DNA of 64,000 nt. Source: Angustibacter luteus. Its GTDB lineage: Bacteria > Actinomycetota > Actinomycetes > Actinomycetales > Angustibacteraceae. This document shows, piece by piece, positions 49,837 to 59,882 of this stretch (position 1 is its first letter; each line of letters opens with the position of its first letter). The position numbers were made by a program, and so were the translations under genes. The DNA is taken from assembly GCF_039541115.1 (NCBI RefSeq), contig NZ_BAABFP010000007.1, positions 372,001-436,000 of the forward strand. Reading direction: 5' to 3'. The notes under the pieces were generated by a model. That model saw nothing but the letters and a program-made list of their open reading frames with translations, searched no databases and was not told the DNA's origin.

Positions 49837-50301
49837 CTACACCGGCTTGGCCACCAGCCGGATCACCGGCAGCTCGCGATCGGTCTTCTCCTGGTACTTG
49901 GCGAACTGGGCGGACGCCGTGACGATCTGCTGCCACGCCTGGTCGCGCTCGGCGCCGTGCAGCTGCTCGGCCGTGACCGGCACCGTGCGGCCGGGGACCT
50001 CGATCTGCACCCGGTGGGGGTTGGCGGCGAGGTTGTAGTACCACGCCGGGTTGTTCGGCGCGCCGGCGGCGGCCGCGACGACGAGCCAGCTGCCCTCCGG
50101 GCCCGGGAACCAGCCGAGCGGTGACCTGCGTTCCTGGCCGCTCTTGCGCCCGACCGTGACCAGGACCAGGGCGTCGAACCCCATGCCCGGCATCCGGCCC
50201 TTGCGGGCGACCCGGCGGCCGACCAGCTTGTTGATCCACCTCAGGGGAGCGCCGTTGGGCTGGCGCGCGCCGCGCGTCCCGTTCTGCGTGTCGAAGCTCA
50301 T
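49837..50301 (-). CDS. Deazaflavin (F420)-dependent nitroreductase/quinone reductase (Ddn family)
   Basis: TVGRKSG..R.SPL, PAWYYNLAANP, YQEKTDRELPV. Confidence 0.9.
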   Translation of the reverse strand: MSFDTQNGTRGARQPNGAPLRWINKLVGRRVARKGRMPGMGFDALVLVTVGRKSGQERRSPLGWFPGPEGSWLVVAAAAGAPNNPAWYYNLAANPHRVQIEVPGRTVPVTAEQLHGAERDQAWQQIVTASAQFAKYQEKTDRELPVIRLVAKPV

Positions 50302-50377
50302 GCCGGCTCCTCTCCGCGGTGATCCTGCACGTTCGCCCCGAATCCGGGGTGACGTGCATGATCACCGCGGGGGAGGC

Positions 50378-50451
50378 TGGAGCGGATGACGGGAATCGAA
50401 CCCGCGTAATCAGTTTGGAAGACTGGGGCTCTACCATTGAGCTACATCCGC
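50378..50451 (-). tRNA. tRNA-Gly (TCC)
   Basis: GCGGATGTAGCTCAATGGTAGAGC...CT TCC AA...GGTTCGATTCCC...CCGCTCCA; CCA encoded. Confidence 0.95.
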
Positions 50452-50596
50452 GTGACCCCCGACCGGGCAACCGCCCGGGCTGAAGGATCGACGTACAGCC
50501 TACCGGTCGGCCCGACGAGTGCGGCACGAGGGACCGTCCGGCAGGGCCTACGATGGGGCCGTCTCAGTGCGCTCTCGGTGACGTCGGCGCGCGCGA

Positions 50597-50670
50597 CGGG
50601 GTGTGGCGCAGCTTGGTAGCGCGTCCGCTTTGGGAGCGGAAGGCCCCCGGTTCAAATCCGGGTACCCCGA
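50597..50670 (+). tRNA. tRNA-Pro (TGG)
   Basis: CGGGGTGTGGCGCAGCTTGGTAGCGC...TT TGG GA...GGTTCAAATCC...ACCCCGA; CCA not encoded. Confidence 0.95.
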
Positions 50671-52709
50671 CTGGCACCGGCCTCCTCGGCTGCGGTGCGG
50701 ATCTGCAGTGCCACGGTGTCGATGTCCCGGACGGCCTCGTCGACCAGGTCGGCCGGCGGCGGACGACGGCCGTACAGCGTGCGCTCGGCGGTCAGCAGGG
50801 CGCGCGGGCGCAGCTCCGGGACCCGCCCGGCCAGCTCGGTCACCGTGTCCGCCGGCGGGCTGGGCCGCCCGGCCGCCCGCAGCGCTGCCACCAGCCCGCT
50901 GACCGCGGCGACCACCTGCCGCTGCTGCGGGTCCAGCCCGTCCAGGTCGGCGGTCGCCGGGACCAGGGCGCGACGTCGGCGACGCCGACGGACCAGCAGG
51001 ACCACGAGCGCGACGACCCCGCCGAGGCCGAGCAGGCCAGCGGCCAGCGCCCAGCGGGCTCGAGTCGAGCCCATCAGCCGGTGCAGCGCGGTGGCGAGCC
51101 TGCTCGAGCTCGACGTCGCCGCCTCCCCGGGCGGGGTGGCGTCCGACGTCAGCCAGCCGGAACCCGGCTGCCACACCTCGGCCCACGCGTGGGCCTGCTT
51201 GGCGCGGAGCACGCCGCGGCCGTTCTCCACGGTCGGGAAGGCGTAACCGGTCGCGACCCGGGCCGGCACACCCAGCGTGCGGAGCAGGACGACCTCCGCG
51301 GCGGCGAACTGCTCGCAGAAACCGGTCCGGGCGTCGAACAGGAAGTGGTCGACGGCGTCCTGGTCCGGTGGCGGGACCGGTGAGTCCAGGCGGTACCGGT
51401 ACGTCGTGGACAGGTAGTGCTCGACGAGGGCGACCTGCTCGCCGCGGGTCGTCGCGCCGGCCGTGATCTTCAGGGCGAGGTCGTGGGTGCGCTGGGTGAC
51501 GGTCGAGGGCAGCTGGAGCCAGTCGCCGGCCGGACCCTGCCCGACCGTGACGGACGTGCCCGCCACCGACGTGGCCTTCGGGGTGACGACCGAGGTCACG
51601 TCGTAGCTGACCGGGCCTTGCGCGAAGCCGAGCGGCCCGGTCGCGCCGCCGACCAGGAACATCGCGCTACCGGCGGCTACCAGCACCTGGCTGCCGTCGT
51701 CCGGACGCACGTTCGTCGGGTGCCCGGGCGCCAGCAGGAAGCCGGACGTGCGTCCGGTGAGCTCGACGTGGTCCTCGCGCAGGGCCCCGGTGCCGGGCGA
51801 CGGCTGGTCGGCGAGCGCACTGGCGACGTACGTGCCCCGGCTGCCGGCGTCGAAGCTGCGTCCCGGCGGCTGGCCGCCGCCGGAGCGCCAGACCGCGCCG
51901 TCGTAGTCGTCGAGGGTGGTCGCCCGCCAGTACCTGGGGCCGTCCGGGGCGACGTAGCCGATCACGGTGTCGGGCAGGTCGCCGCGCAGGCGCATGTCCA
52001 TCTCGCCGCTCTGGAACTGCGCGGCGGAGCGGCTCGGCAGGTTCGCCGGTGGCCGACCGGCCAGCCGGGACAGCGCGTCCATCCGGGAGGCAGCCGCGCC
52101 CTGGGGCATCGGCACGACCAGGGCCGCCACGAGCGCCAGCAGCACGGAGATGCCGAAGGCCAGCCCGATCGCGCCCCACGGACTGCTGCTGGCTCCGCTG
52201 CCCTCATCGGTCCGGGCCCGCACGTGGGTGGTGCTCTGGGCTGCGCGCGCCCGGACGGCCAGGACCAGGGTGCTCACGGCGGCGGCCCAGCCGAGCAGCC
52301 ACGGGACGGCGAGCACGAGGGTGGGCGCGAGCCCGGCGGACAGGACGAGGAGGGCCATCGCGAGCATCGCGGCGAACAGCAGCTCGCGGAGCGTGTCGGC
52401 GCAGAGCTGGGCGGTGACCAGCAGCCACAGGGCGACGAGCGTCAGGGTGCTGACCGCGAAGCCACCGGTGGCCGCGCCGAGGATGGTCGCCGCTCCCAGG
52501 CAGGCGAAGCCCACCGCGGTGCGGGTCCCGCGGTGGCCGCCGTGGGCGGCGACGAAGGCGGCGAGCAGCAGGGCGACGACGGTGCCGACGGCGGCGGCCG
52601 GCTCGATCAGGTGACTCACGCCGACCCCGAGGGCGGCGCAGACGCCGAGCGCGACGACGGCGATGCGCAGCGCGGGGTCGGTGCAGCGCGGCCCGGGGGG
52701 AGCGCTCAT
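50652..52709 (-). CDS. Membrane transglutaminase-like protein (TgpA-like)
   Basis: Multiple N-terminal TMs; YWR..T.D.YDG..W; triad GFCEQFA / HAWAEV / SDATP. Confidence 0.88.
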   Translation of the reverse strand: MSAPPGPRCTDPALRIAVVALGVCAALGVGVSHLIEPAAAVGTVVALLLAAFVAAHGGHRGTRTAVGFACLGAATILGAATGGFAVSTLTLVALWLLVTAQLCADTLRELLFAAMLAMALLVLSAGLAPTLVLAVPWLLGWAAAVSTLVLAVRARAAQSTTHVRARTDEGSGASSSPWGAIGLAFGISVLLALVAALVVPMPQGAAASRMDALSRLAGRPPANLPSRSAAQFQSGEMDMRLRGDLPDTVIGYVAPDGPRYWRATTLDDYDGAVWRSGGGQPPGRSFDAGSRGTYVASALADQPSPGTGALREDHVELTGRTSGFLLAPGHPTNVRPDDGSQVLVAAGSAMFLVGGATGPLGFAQGPVSYDVTSVVTPKATSVAGTSVTVGQGPAGDWLQLPSTVTQRTHDLALKITAGATTRGEQVALVEHYLSTTYRYRLDSPVPPPDQDAVDHFLFDARTGFCEQFAAAEVVLLRTLGVPARVATGYAFPTVENGRGVLRAKQAHAWAEVWQPGSGWLTSDATPPGEAATSSSSRLATALHRLMGSTRARWALAAGLLGLGGVVALVVLLVRRRRRRRALVPATADLDGLDPQQRQVVAAVSGLVAALRAAGRPSPPADTVTELAGRVPELRPRALLTAERTLYGRRPPPADLVDEAVRDIDTVALQIRTAAEEAGASRGTRI

Positions 52710-53791
52710 CGGGTGCTCCCGAAGCCATTGCTGACCCGGACGCCCTGCCGCGCCGACCGGGCGGTCAGGTCCGCCACCCAGCCGTACGGCGTGGACGCCA
52801 GCGTCAGCACGGTCATGGCGTCGGTGCCCGCGGGCAGCGCCTCCAGGACGGCGTACTGGCTGGGCACGGCGAGCGCGGGCAGCCTCGCGAACCAGTCGAG
52901 GACGGGACTCGGGGCACGGTCCGGCGGCGGGAGCAGCGCGCCGTCCGGCGTCCAGGCGAGCACGTGCACGTCGTGACCGCGGGCGAGCTGGTCCACCCAG
53001 GTGGCTGCCGCGACGGCCAGGACGTGTTCGTCGGTGTCGCTGCCGGCGGCGCCGGCCAGCACCAGCACCCAACGCGTCGGCCGGTCGGGGACGTCGCGTT
53101 CGGCGACCACGAGCTGGCGGCGGCGCGCCGAGGCGCGCCAGTGCACGGCGCGCCGGTCCTCACCCGGGCGCCAGGGCCGCAGCCCGGCCAGCTCCTCCGT
53201 CCCGCGGATCGACGCCCGGGACGCCGCGTCGATCGGTGCCGCGGACAGGGCAGGATCGGCGGGGCGGGCGGGTGACGGGTGCACCAGCAGCTCGTGGTCC
53301 GTCGCCCAGCCGCGGGTGGACCGGGTGATCCCCAGCGGGTCGCCGACCTCGACGAGGGCGATGGATCGGGCGTACACGCCGCGGCGCACCGCGAGCGCCG
53401 GCACCTGCGCGCGGGCGGTCTGACCCGGGGCCACCGGGTCGACGTCCACGACGGCCTCCTCGGTGGTGCCGGCCAGCCGCAGCCGCAGCTGCGACGGCGC
53501 CAGCACCCGGCGGCCGTCGTTGTGCACGTGCAGCCGAACCGTGAAGTGCTCGCCCGCCCGGACCCGGTGGACGCCGGCCAGGCAGATCCGTACCGCGGAC
53601 AGGTTCGGGCGGCTCAGGTGCGCCGTGACCAGGAGCCCCACCAGGGCAGCGGCACCGAGCACGAGCCAACGGTTCGCCGTCAGCATCGCCAGGACCACGA
53701 GCAGGCTGGCGGCGGCGACGAGGGCCCCGGACAGCGCGGTCGGCCGCGGCGGGGGCACCTTCGGTCGCGAGCCGCCCAGCCGGCTGGTCAC
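52706..53791 (-). CDS. DUF58 protein
   Basis: RRGVY, DPLG, GLRPWRPGEDRRAVHWRASAR. Confidence 0.85.
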   Translation of the reverse strand: MTSRLGGSRPKVPPPRPTALSGALVAAASLLVVLAMLTANRWLVLGAAALVGLLVTAHLSRPNLSAVRICLAGVHRVRAGEHFTVRLHVHNDGRRVLAPSQLRLRLAGTTEEAVVDVDPVAPGQTARAQVPALAVRRGVYARSIALVEVGDPLGITRSTRGWATDHELLVHPSPARPADPALSAAPIDAASRASIRGTEELAGLRPWRPGEDRRAVHWRASARRRQLVVAERDVPDRPTRWVLVLAGAAGSDTDEHVLAVAAATWVDQLARGHDVHVLAWTPDGALLPPPDRAPSPVLDWFARLPALAVPSQYAVLEALPAGTDAMTVLTLASTPYGWVADLTARSARQGVRVSNGFGSTR

Positions 53792-54789
53792 GTGCTCAGC
53801 GGGACGGGCACCCGGGCCAGCACCTGGCTCACGACCACCTGGGCCGCGTCCCGGGGCGAGCTCGTGGGGTCGTGCAGGACGAGCCGGTGCGCCAGCACGG
53901 GGACGGCCACGGCCTTGACGTCGTCGGGGGTGACGTAGTCGCGCCCGGCCAGCGCGGCCCGGGCCTGCGAGGTCCGGACCAGGGTCAGGGCGCCGCGCGA
54001 GCTGGCGCCCTGGACGATCCGCTCGTCCACCCGGGTCGCCCGGGCGACGCTGACGGCGTACGCGAGCGCGGCCTCGGCGACGTGCAGGGTGCGGACGGCG
54101 GCCCGCGCCCGGCGCAGGTCCGCCAGCGTGACGACGGGGGTCAGCGCGTCCACGGTGGGCCCGGCGAGCTGCTCGCGGACGACGGCCATCTCGGTGCGCA
54201 GGTCCAGGTCGCCCTGGCTCACCCGGACGGCGAACCGGTCGAGCTCGCCCTCGGGCAGCGCGAAGGTGCCGTGCTGGTCGGACGGGTTCTGGGTGCCGAT
54301 CGCGAAGAACGGGTCCGGCAGGGCGTGCCGCACGCCGTCCGAGGTCACCGCACCCTCGTCAAGCGCCTCCATCAGCGCGGACTGGGTGCGCGGCGCGGCC
54401 CGGTTGAGCTCGTCGACGAGCAGCACGTTGGCGAAGGCCGGGCCGGGCGCGAAGCGCAGCGCGCCGAGGCCGTCGTCCCAGACGCCGGAGCCGGTGACGT
54501 CGGCGGGCATCAGGTCGGGGGTGCCCTGGACGCGGGCGAACGAGCCGCCGACCGCGCGGGCGAACGCGCGGGCCAGCGTGGTCTTGCCGGTTCCCGGGAG
54601 GTCCTCGACCAGCACGTGGCCGCCGGCGAGCAGGGCGCAGGTCACCAGGCCGATGGTCGTCTCGGCGCCGCGCACCACCGAGCCGACGGCCTGCGCCACC
54701 CGCAGCCCGACACCGTTCGGGTCGCCGGCAGCGCTGCCCGCGGACTCGTCCCGGGAACCGGCCAGCTCGGACGTGGTCGCGCTGCTCAC
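53788..54789 (-). CDS. MoxR-family AAA+ ATPase
   Basis: GHVLVEDLPGTGKT, DELNRA.PRTQSALMEA, TQNP, LPEGELDRF. Confidence 0.9.
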   Translation of the reverse strand: MSSATTSELAGSRDESAGSAAGDPNGVGLRVAQAVGSVVRGAETTIGLVTCALLAGGHVLVEDLPGTGKTTLARAFARAVGGSFARVQGTPDLMPADVTGSGVWDDGLGALRFAPGPAFANVLLVDELNRAAPRTQSALMEALDEGAVTSDGVRHALPDPFFAIGTQNPSDQHGTFALPEGELDRFAVRVSQGDLDLRTEMAVVREQLAGPTVDALTPVVTLADLRRARAAVRTLHVAEAALAYAVSVARATRVDERIVQGASSRGALTLVRTSQARAALAGRDYVTPDDVKAVAVPVLAHRLVLHDPTSSPRDAAQVVVSQVLARVPVPLST

Positions 54790-54981
54790 AGGGGTGGACC
54801 TTCCGACGGGGCGCTGCGGGGCGCCGGTGCTCGCTGCCCCTCCCATCGGCCTCACCCGCCCCGGGCTGAAGCGGATTGGGTCGAGACCCCGTCGGGCGGA
54901 TAGCATGGGCGCCGCGTTCCGTGCGCCCTTGAGTGGGCGCCACCTTGGTGCGCGTCCCCGAACCAGCAGGAGACCACCGCA

Positions 54982-56316
54982 GTGAAGAGTGCCGTCGAGA
55001 ACCTCAACCCGACTCGGGTCAAGCTCACCGTCGAGGTGCCGTTCGACGAGCTCAAGCCGAGCCTGGACGCCGCGTACCAGACGATCGGGTCGCAGGTGCA
55101 GATCCCGGGCTTCCGCCGCGGCAAGGTGCCGGCCCGCATCATCGACCAGCGGGTCGGTCGGGGCGCCGTGCTGGAGGAGGCCGTCAACAACGCGCTCCCC
55201 ACCTTCTACGGCCAGGCCGTCGAGGAGGCGAAGATCCGCCCCCTCGGCCAGCCCGAGGTGGAGATCACCGAGGCTCCCGACCCCGCTGAGGGCGGCGACC
55301 TGAAGTTCAGCGTCGAGGTCGACGTCCGCCCCGAGATCACCCTGCCCGACTACGCGACGCTCGCCGTCGAGGTCGACGACGTGGTCGTCGACGAGGCGGA
55401 CGTGGACTCCGAGATCACCGCGCTGCGGCAGCGTTTCGGCACCCTGGTGGGCGTCGAGCGGGCTGCGGTCGAGGGGGACTTCGTCTCGATCGACCTCAAG
55501 GCCGAGATCGACGGCGACGAGATCGACGCGGTCACCGGTGTCTCGTACGAGATCGGCAGCCGCAACATGCTCGAGGGCCTGGACGACGCGCTCGTCGGCA
55601 TGTCCGCCGGGGAGACCAAGGACTTCGCCGCGCCGCTGGCCGGTGGCGACCGCGAGGGCCAGGAGGCCGCCGTCACCGTCACGGTGCAGTCGGTCAAGGA
55701 GCGTGAGCTGCCCGAGCTGGACGACGAGTTCGCCCAGCTGGCCAGCGAGTTCGACACCCTGGGCGAGCTGACCGCCGACCTGCGCTCGCAGGCCGAGCGC
55801 GGCAAGAAGCTGCAGCAGGGCGTCCAGGCCCGCGACAAGGTGCTGGACGCGCTGCTCGAGGCCGCCGACATCCCCGTCCCGGCCGCGCTGGTCGAGGCTG
55901 AGGTGCACTCGCACCTCGAGGGCGAGGACCGTCTCGAGGACGACGAGCACCGCGCCGAGGTCAGCGAGAACGCGACGAAGGCCCTGCAGGCGCAGTTCCT
56001 GCTGGACGCCATCGTCGAGCAGGAGAAGGTCTCCGTCAGCCAGCCCGAGCTCGTCGAGTACCTGGTGATGAGCGCCCAGCAGTACGGCATGTCGCCGGAC
56101 GCGTTCGCCCAGGCCGTCGACGAGGCCGGTCAGGTCCAGTCCATGGTCGCCGAGGTCGCCCGCCGCAAGGCGCTCGCGGTCGTGCTGGAGCAGGTGGCCA
56201 TCACCGACGCCAGCGGCAACGCCGTGGACCTCGAGCAGCTGCGCCCCGCGGACGCCGACGAGGCCGGCGCCGAGGTGCCCGAGGCCAACGCCGAGGTCGC
56301 TGCCGACGAGAGCTGA
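54982..56316 (+). CDS. tig: Trigger factor
   Basis: KSAVENLNPTRVKL, IPGFRRGKVP, LPELDDEFAQ. Confidence 0.95.
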   Translation: MKSAVENLNPTRVKLTVEVPFDELKPSLDAAYQTIGSQVQIPGFRRGKVPARIIDQRVGRGAVLEEAVNNALPTFYGQAVEEAKIRPLGQPEVEITEAPDPAEGGDLKFSVEVDVRPEITLPDYATLAVEVDDVVVDEADVDSEITALRQRFGTLVGVERAAVEGDFVSIDLKAEIDGDEIDAVTGVSYEIGSRNMLEGLDDALVGMSAGETKDFAAPLAGGDREGQEAAVTVTVQSVKERELPELDDEFAQLASEFDTLGELTADLRSQAERGKKLQQGVQARDKVLDALLEAADIPVPAALVEAEVHSHLEGEDRLEDDEHRAEVSENATKALQAQFLLDAIVEQEKVSVSQPELVEYLVMSAQQYGMSPDAFAQAVDEAGQVQSMVAEVARRKALAVVLEQVAITDASGNAVDLEQLRPADADEAGAEVPEANAEVAADES

Positions 56317-56330
56317 TCGCTCGACGACCC

Positions 56331-56367
56331 GCGAAGGGGCACCGGACGACGTCCGGTGCCCCTTCGC
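56331..56367 (+). terminator. Perfect 17-bp hairpin after tig
   Basis: GCGAAGGGGCACCGGAC-GAC-GTCCGGTGCCCCTTCGC. Confidence 0.8.
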
Positions 56368-56464
56368 CGTCCGCGAACACCCGCGGGGCCGACCTGAGCG
56401 GGCTGCGCTCACGGCGAACACCGGGGGTTCTCGGGAGTGGAGCGTCGGGGGTCGACGTTAGGGT
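56363..56464 (+). promoter_or_regulatory. clpP1 control region: two ClgR-type boxes, a SigR-like promoter and a TAGGGT -10
   Basis: TTCGC-N5-GCGAA (56363-56377), TGCGC-N5-GCGAA (56404-56418), GGAGT-N18-GTT (56434-56459), TAGGGT (56459-56464). Confidence 0.7.
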
Positions 56465-56518
56465 CCTTGCCAGGACGGCGAACGATGCCGCAGCAGTCAT
56501 CACATCAGGGAGACCAGC

Positions 56519-57139
56519 GTGAGCGAGTCCGGAAGCATCCAGGCCGCAGGCCCTCAGTCGGCGGTAGGCCTGGACGACCACATCTACAACCGGCTGCTGA
56601 AGGAGCGCATCATCTTCCTCGGCTCCGAGGTCCGCGACGACAACGCGAACGCGATCTGCGCGCAGCTGCTGCTGCTCGCCGCGGAGGACCCCGAGCGCGA
56701 CATCTGGCTGTACATCAACTCCCCGGGCGGTTCGGTGACGGCCGGCATGGCCATCTTCGACACCATGCAGTTCGTCCAGCCGGACGTCGCGACGGTGGCC
56801 ATGGGGCTCGCGGCCTCGATGGGCCAGTTCCTGCTCTCCGCGGGCACGCCGGGCAAGCGCTACGCCACGCCGCACGCGCGGATCATGATGCACCAGCCCT
56901 CCGGCGGCATCGGCGGCACGGCCAGCGACATCAAGATCCAGGCCGAGCAGATGCTGCACATCAAGAAGCAGATGGCCGACCTCATCTCCCAGCACACCGG
57001 CCAGCCGGTGGAGCAGATCGAGGCCGACTCGGACCGCGACCGCTGGTTCACGTCCGAGCAGGCCAAGGAGTACGGCTTCGTCGACCACGTCATCGAGAGC
57101 GCCAGCGAGGCCCGCGGCGGCGCGGGCACGACCGACTGA
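56519..57139 (+). CDS. clpP1: Clp protease proteolytic subunit 1
   Basis: [35 protein letters not shown]. Confidence 0.95.
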   Translation: MSESGSIQAAGPQSAVGLDDHIYNRLLKERIIFLGSEVRDDNANAICAQLLLLAAEDPERDIWLYINSPGGSVTAGMAIFDTMQFVQPDVATVAMGLAASMGQFLLSAGTPGKRYATPHARIMMHQPSGGIGGTASDIKIQAEQMLHIKKQMADLISQHTGQPVEQIEADSDRDRWFTSEQAKEYGFVDHVIESASEARGGAGTTD

Positions 57140-57191
57140 CGGCCGCCCCGACCACACCCCTTCGCTTCGACCGATCAGGAGATCCAGCGCG

Positions 57192-57869
57192 ATGAGCGTC
57201 CCCACCCCGCACGGCGGCCTGCAGGTCCCCGGCCCGTACGGCCGGCTGGCGGCCCCGGCCCCCAGCAGCCGCTACATCCTGCCCCAGTTCGAGGAGCGCA
57301 CGTCCTACGGGATGAAGCGCCTCGACCCCTACACGAAGCTCTTCGAGGACCGCATCATCTTCCTCGGCGTGCAGGTGGACGACGCGTCCGCCGACGACAT
57401 CATCGCCCAGCTGATCGTGCTGGAGTCGCAGGACCCGGACCGCGACATCCTCATGTACATCAACTCGCCCGGTGGCTCGTTCACGGCCCTCACGGCGATC
57501 TACGACACGATGCAGTACGTCCGTCCGGACATCCAGACCTACGTGCTCGGCCAGGCGGCGTCCGCCGCGGCCGTGATCCTGGGCGCCGGCGCCCAGGGCA
57601 AGCGGTACGCCCTGCCGAACGCGCGGATCCTGATCCACCAGCCCGCGATGGAGGGCACCGGCGGCATGGCCAGTGACCTGGAGATCCAGGCCAACGAGGT
57701 CCTGCGCATGCGCGGCTGGCTCGAGGACACGCTCGCGCTGCACTCGGGTCGCACGGCCGAGCAGGTGCGCAAGGACATCGAGCGCGACAAGATCCTGACG
57801 GCCGCCCAGGCCAAGGAGTACGGCCTGGTCGACGAGGTGCTGGTCAGCCGCAAGGCGTCGAACGACTAG
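57192..57869 (+). CDS. clpP2: Clp protease proteolytic subunit 2
   Basis: RYILPQFEERT, DPYTKLFEDRIIFLG, QAASAAA, LIHQP. Confidence 0.95.
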   Translation: MSVPTPHGGLQVPGPYGRLAAPAPSSRYILPQFEERTSYGMKRLDPYTKLFEDRIIFLGVQVDDASADDIIAQLIVLESQDPDRDILMYINSPGGSFTALTAIYDTMQYVRPDIQTYVLGQAASAAAVILGAGAQGKRYALPNARILIHQPAMEGTGGMASDLEIQANEVLRMRGWLEDTLALHSGRTAEQVRKDIERDKILTAAQAKEYGLVDEVLVSRKASND

Positions 57870-58014
57870 GCCGGTTCTGCCCTGGGCGTACAGGGCTGAC
57901 TCGCGCGCCGACACCGGCGTTCAATAGGAGCGGTGCCGCATCGGGCGAGGTACCGTCGCTGAACGAAACTCGACGTCCTGGCCCGGACGATCGCGACTGA
58001 GGGAGGACCCGCAC

Positions 58015-59298
58015 GTGGCGCGCATCGGTGATGGGGGTGACCTGCTCAAGTGCTCTTTCTGCGGAAAGAGCCAGAAGCAGGTCAAGAAGCTGATCGCCGG
58101 TCCCGGGGTCTACATCTGCGACGAGTGCATCGATCTCTGCAACGAGATCATCGAGGAGGAGCTCGCCGAGACCAGCGAGCTCGGCCTCGACGAGCTGCCC
58201 AAGCCGCGCGAGATCTTCGACTTCCTCGAGCAGTACGTGGTGGGCCAGGAGCCGGCGAAGAAGGCGCTCGCCGTCGCCGTCTACAACCACTACAAGCGCA
58301 TCCAGGCCGGTGAGCCGAGCCGCAAGGGCGAGGAGACCATCGACCTCGCCAAGTCGAACATCCTGCTCATCGGTCCCACCGGCTGTGGCAAGACCTACCT
58401 CGCGCAGACCCTCGCCCGGATGCTCAACGTGCCGTTCGCGATCGCTGACGCCACCGCGCTGACGGAGGCGGGCTACGTCGGCGAGGACGTCGAGAACATC
58501 CTGCTCAAGCTGATCCAGGCGGCCGACTACGACGTCAAGAAGGCCGAGACGGGCATCATCTACATCGACGAGGTCGACAAGATCGCCCGCAAGAGCGAGA
58601 ACCCGTCGATCACCCGGGACGTGTCCGGTGAGGGAGTCCAGCAGGCCCTGCTGAAGATCCTCGAGGGGACGACGGCCAGCGTGCCCCCGCAGGGTGGGCG
58701 CAAGCACCCGCACCAGGAGTTCATCCAGATCGACACGACGAACGTGCTGTTCATCGTGGGCGGTGCCTTCGCCGGGCTGGACCAGCTCATCGAGCAGCGG
58801 GCCGGCAAGAAGGGTCTCGGCTTCGGCGCGAAGCTGCACACGGCGGCCGACCAGGCGTCGGACAGCTACGCCGACGTCATGCCGGAGGACCTGATGAAGT
58901 TCGGGCTCATCCCGGAGTTCATCGGCCGGCTGCCGGTCATCACGACCGTGTCCAACCTCGACCGGGACGCGCTGGTGCAGATCCTGACCGCGCCGCGCAA
59001 CGCGCTGTCCAAGCAGTACCAGCGGATGTTCGAGATCGACGGCGTCGAGCTGGAGTTCACGGCGGACGCGCTCGAGGCGGTCGCGGACCAGGCCATCCTG
59101 CGCGGCACCGGGGCCCGTGGCCTGCGCGCCATCATGGAGGAGGTGCTGCTGCCCGTGATGTTCGACGTCCCGAGCGACGACGGCATCGCTCGCGTGGTGG
59201 TCACCAAGGAGGTCGTGCTCGACAACGTGAACCCGACCATCGTCCGTCGGGACACCCCCGAGCCGCGCAAGCGCGCCCCGCGCGAGAAGTCGGCCTGA
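58015..59298 (+). CDS. clpX: ATP-dependent Clp protease ATPase
   Basis: CSFC...CDEC zinc finger, [27 protein letters not shown] loop. Confidence 0.97.
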   Translation: MARIGDGGDLLKCSFCGKSQKQVKKLIAGPGVYICDECIDLCNEIIEEELAETSELGLDELPKPREIFDFLEQYVVGQEPAKKALAVAVYNHYKRIQAGEPSRKGEETIDLAKSNILLIGPTGCGKTYLAQTLARMLNVPFAIADATALTEAGYVGEDVENILLKLIQAADYDVKKAETGIIYIDEVDKIARKSENPSITRDVSGEGVQQALLKILEGTTASVPPQGGRKHPHQEFIQIDTTNVLFIVGGAFAGLDQLIEQRAGKKGLGFGAKLHTAADQASDSYADVMPEDLMKFGLIPEFIGRLPVITTVSNLDRDALVQILTAPRNALSKQYQRMFEIDGVELEFTADALEAVADQAILRGTGARGLRAIMEEVLLPVMFDVPSDDGIARVVVTKEVVLDNVNPTIVRRDTPEPRKRAPREKSA

Positions 59299-59324
59299 GC
59301 GTCCGGTCGTCTGTCGGGCGGCCT

Positions 59325-59882
59325 TCAGTCGGACGTCGGCCGGGTCAATGCCCCTGCGGTCACCACAGCGACGGCGAGCAGGCCCAGCACGGTCAGCACG
59401 AGGTGACCGGTGTCGGCCAGGCGACCCAGCCCCCAGGCGAGCGCCCACACGCCCACCGTCGCGGCCGCGACCACTGAGGTCCGCCGTGCCCAGGTGCGCC
59501 AGGTGACGGCGTCCACCCGCATCCCCGGCGGGCCGAGGGAGGCCAGGGCGGCGGCCGCGTGGCAGCCGAGCAGCAGGAGCGCCGCGGCCAGCGACCACCA
59601 GGACAGACCCGCCGGGCCCCACCCGAGCCAGTAGACGCCGACGGCTGCCAGCGCCGCAGCCGGCCAGTGCGAGTCCGGGCGAGCGGCCGAGGCCAGGCCC
59701 AGCAGGGCCGCCCCGACCAGGGCGGCCCCGGGTGCCGGCGCACCCGCGGCGACGGCGCACAGCACCGCCAGGGGCGGCGTGACCAGGACGACGGCGCGCA
59801 GCCACTGCTGTTCGGCACTGAGCAGGACGACCGTGTGCACGGTCCGCCGCAGCAGACCCCAGCTGACCGGTTGGGGGCTCAT
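59325..59882 (-). CDS. Small polytopic membrane protein, last gene of the second MoxR operon
   Basis: Several hydrophobic segments, RPDS motif; ATGA overlap with DUF58. Confidence 0.65.
   Translation of the reverse strand: MSPQPVSWGLLRRTVHTVVLLSAEQQWLRAVVLVTPPLAVLCAVAAGAPAPGAALVGAALLGLASAARPDSHWPAAALAAVGVYWLGWGPAGLSWWSLAAALLLLGCHAAAALASLGPPGMRVDAVTWRTWARRTSVVAAATVGVWALAWGLGRLADTGHLVLTVLGLLAVAVVTAGALTRPTSD

Noticed and set aside
53788..56421. 877-aa MoxR with a long N-terminal extension
   Set aside because: The extension is the antisense of tig. MoxR starts near 54789.
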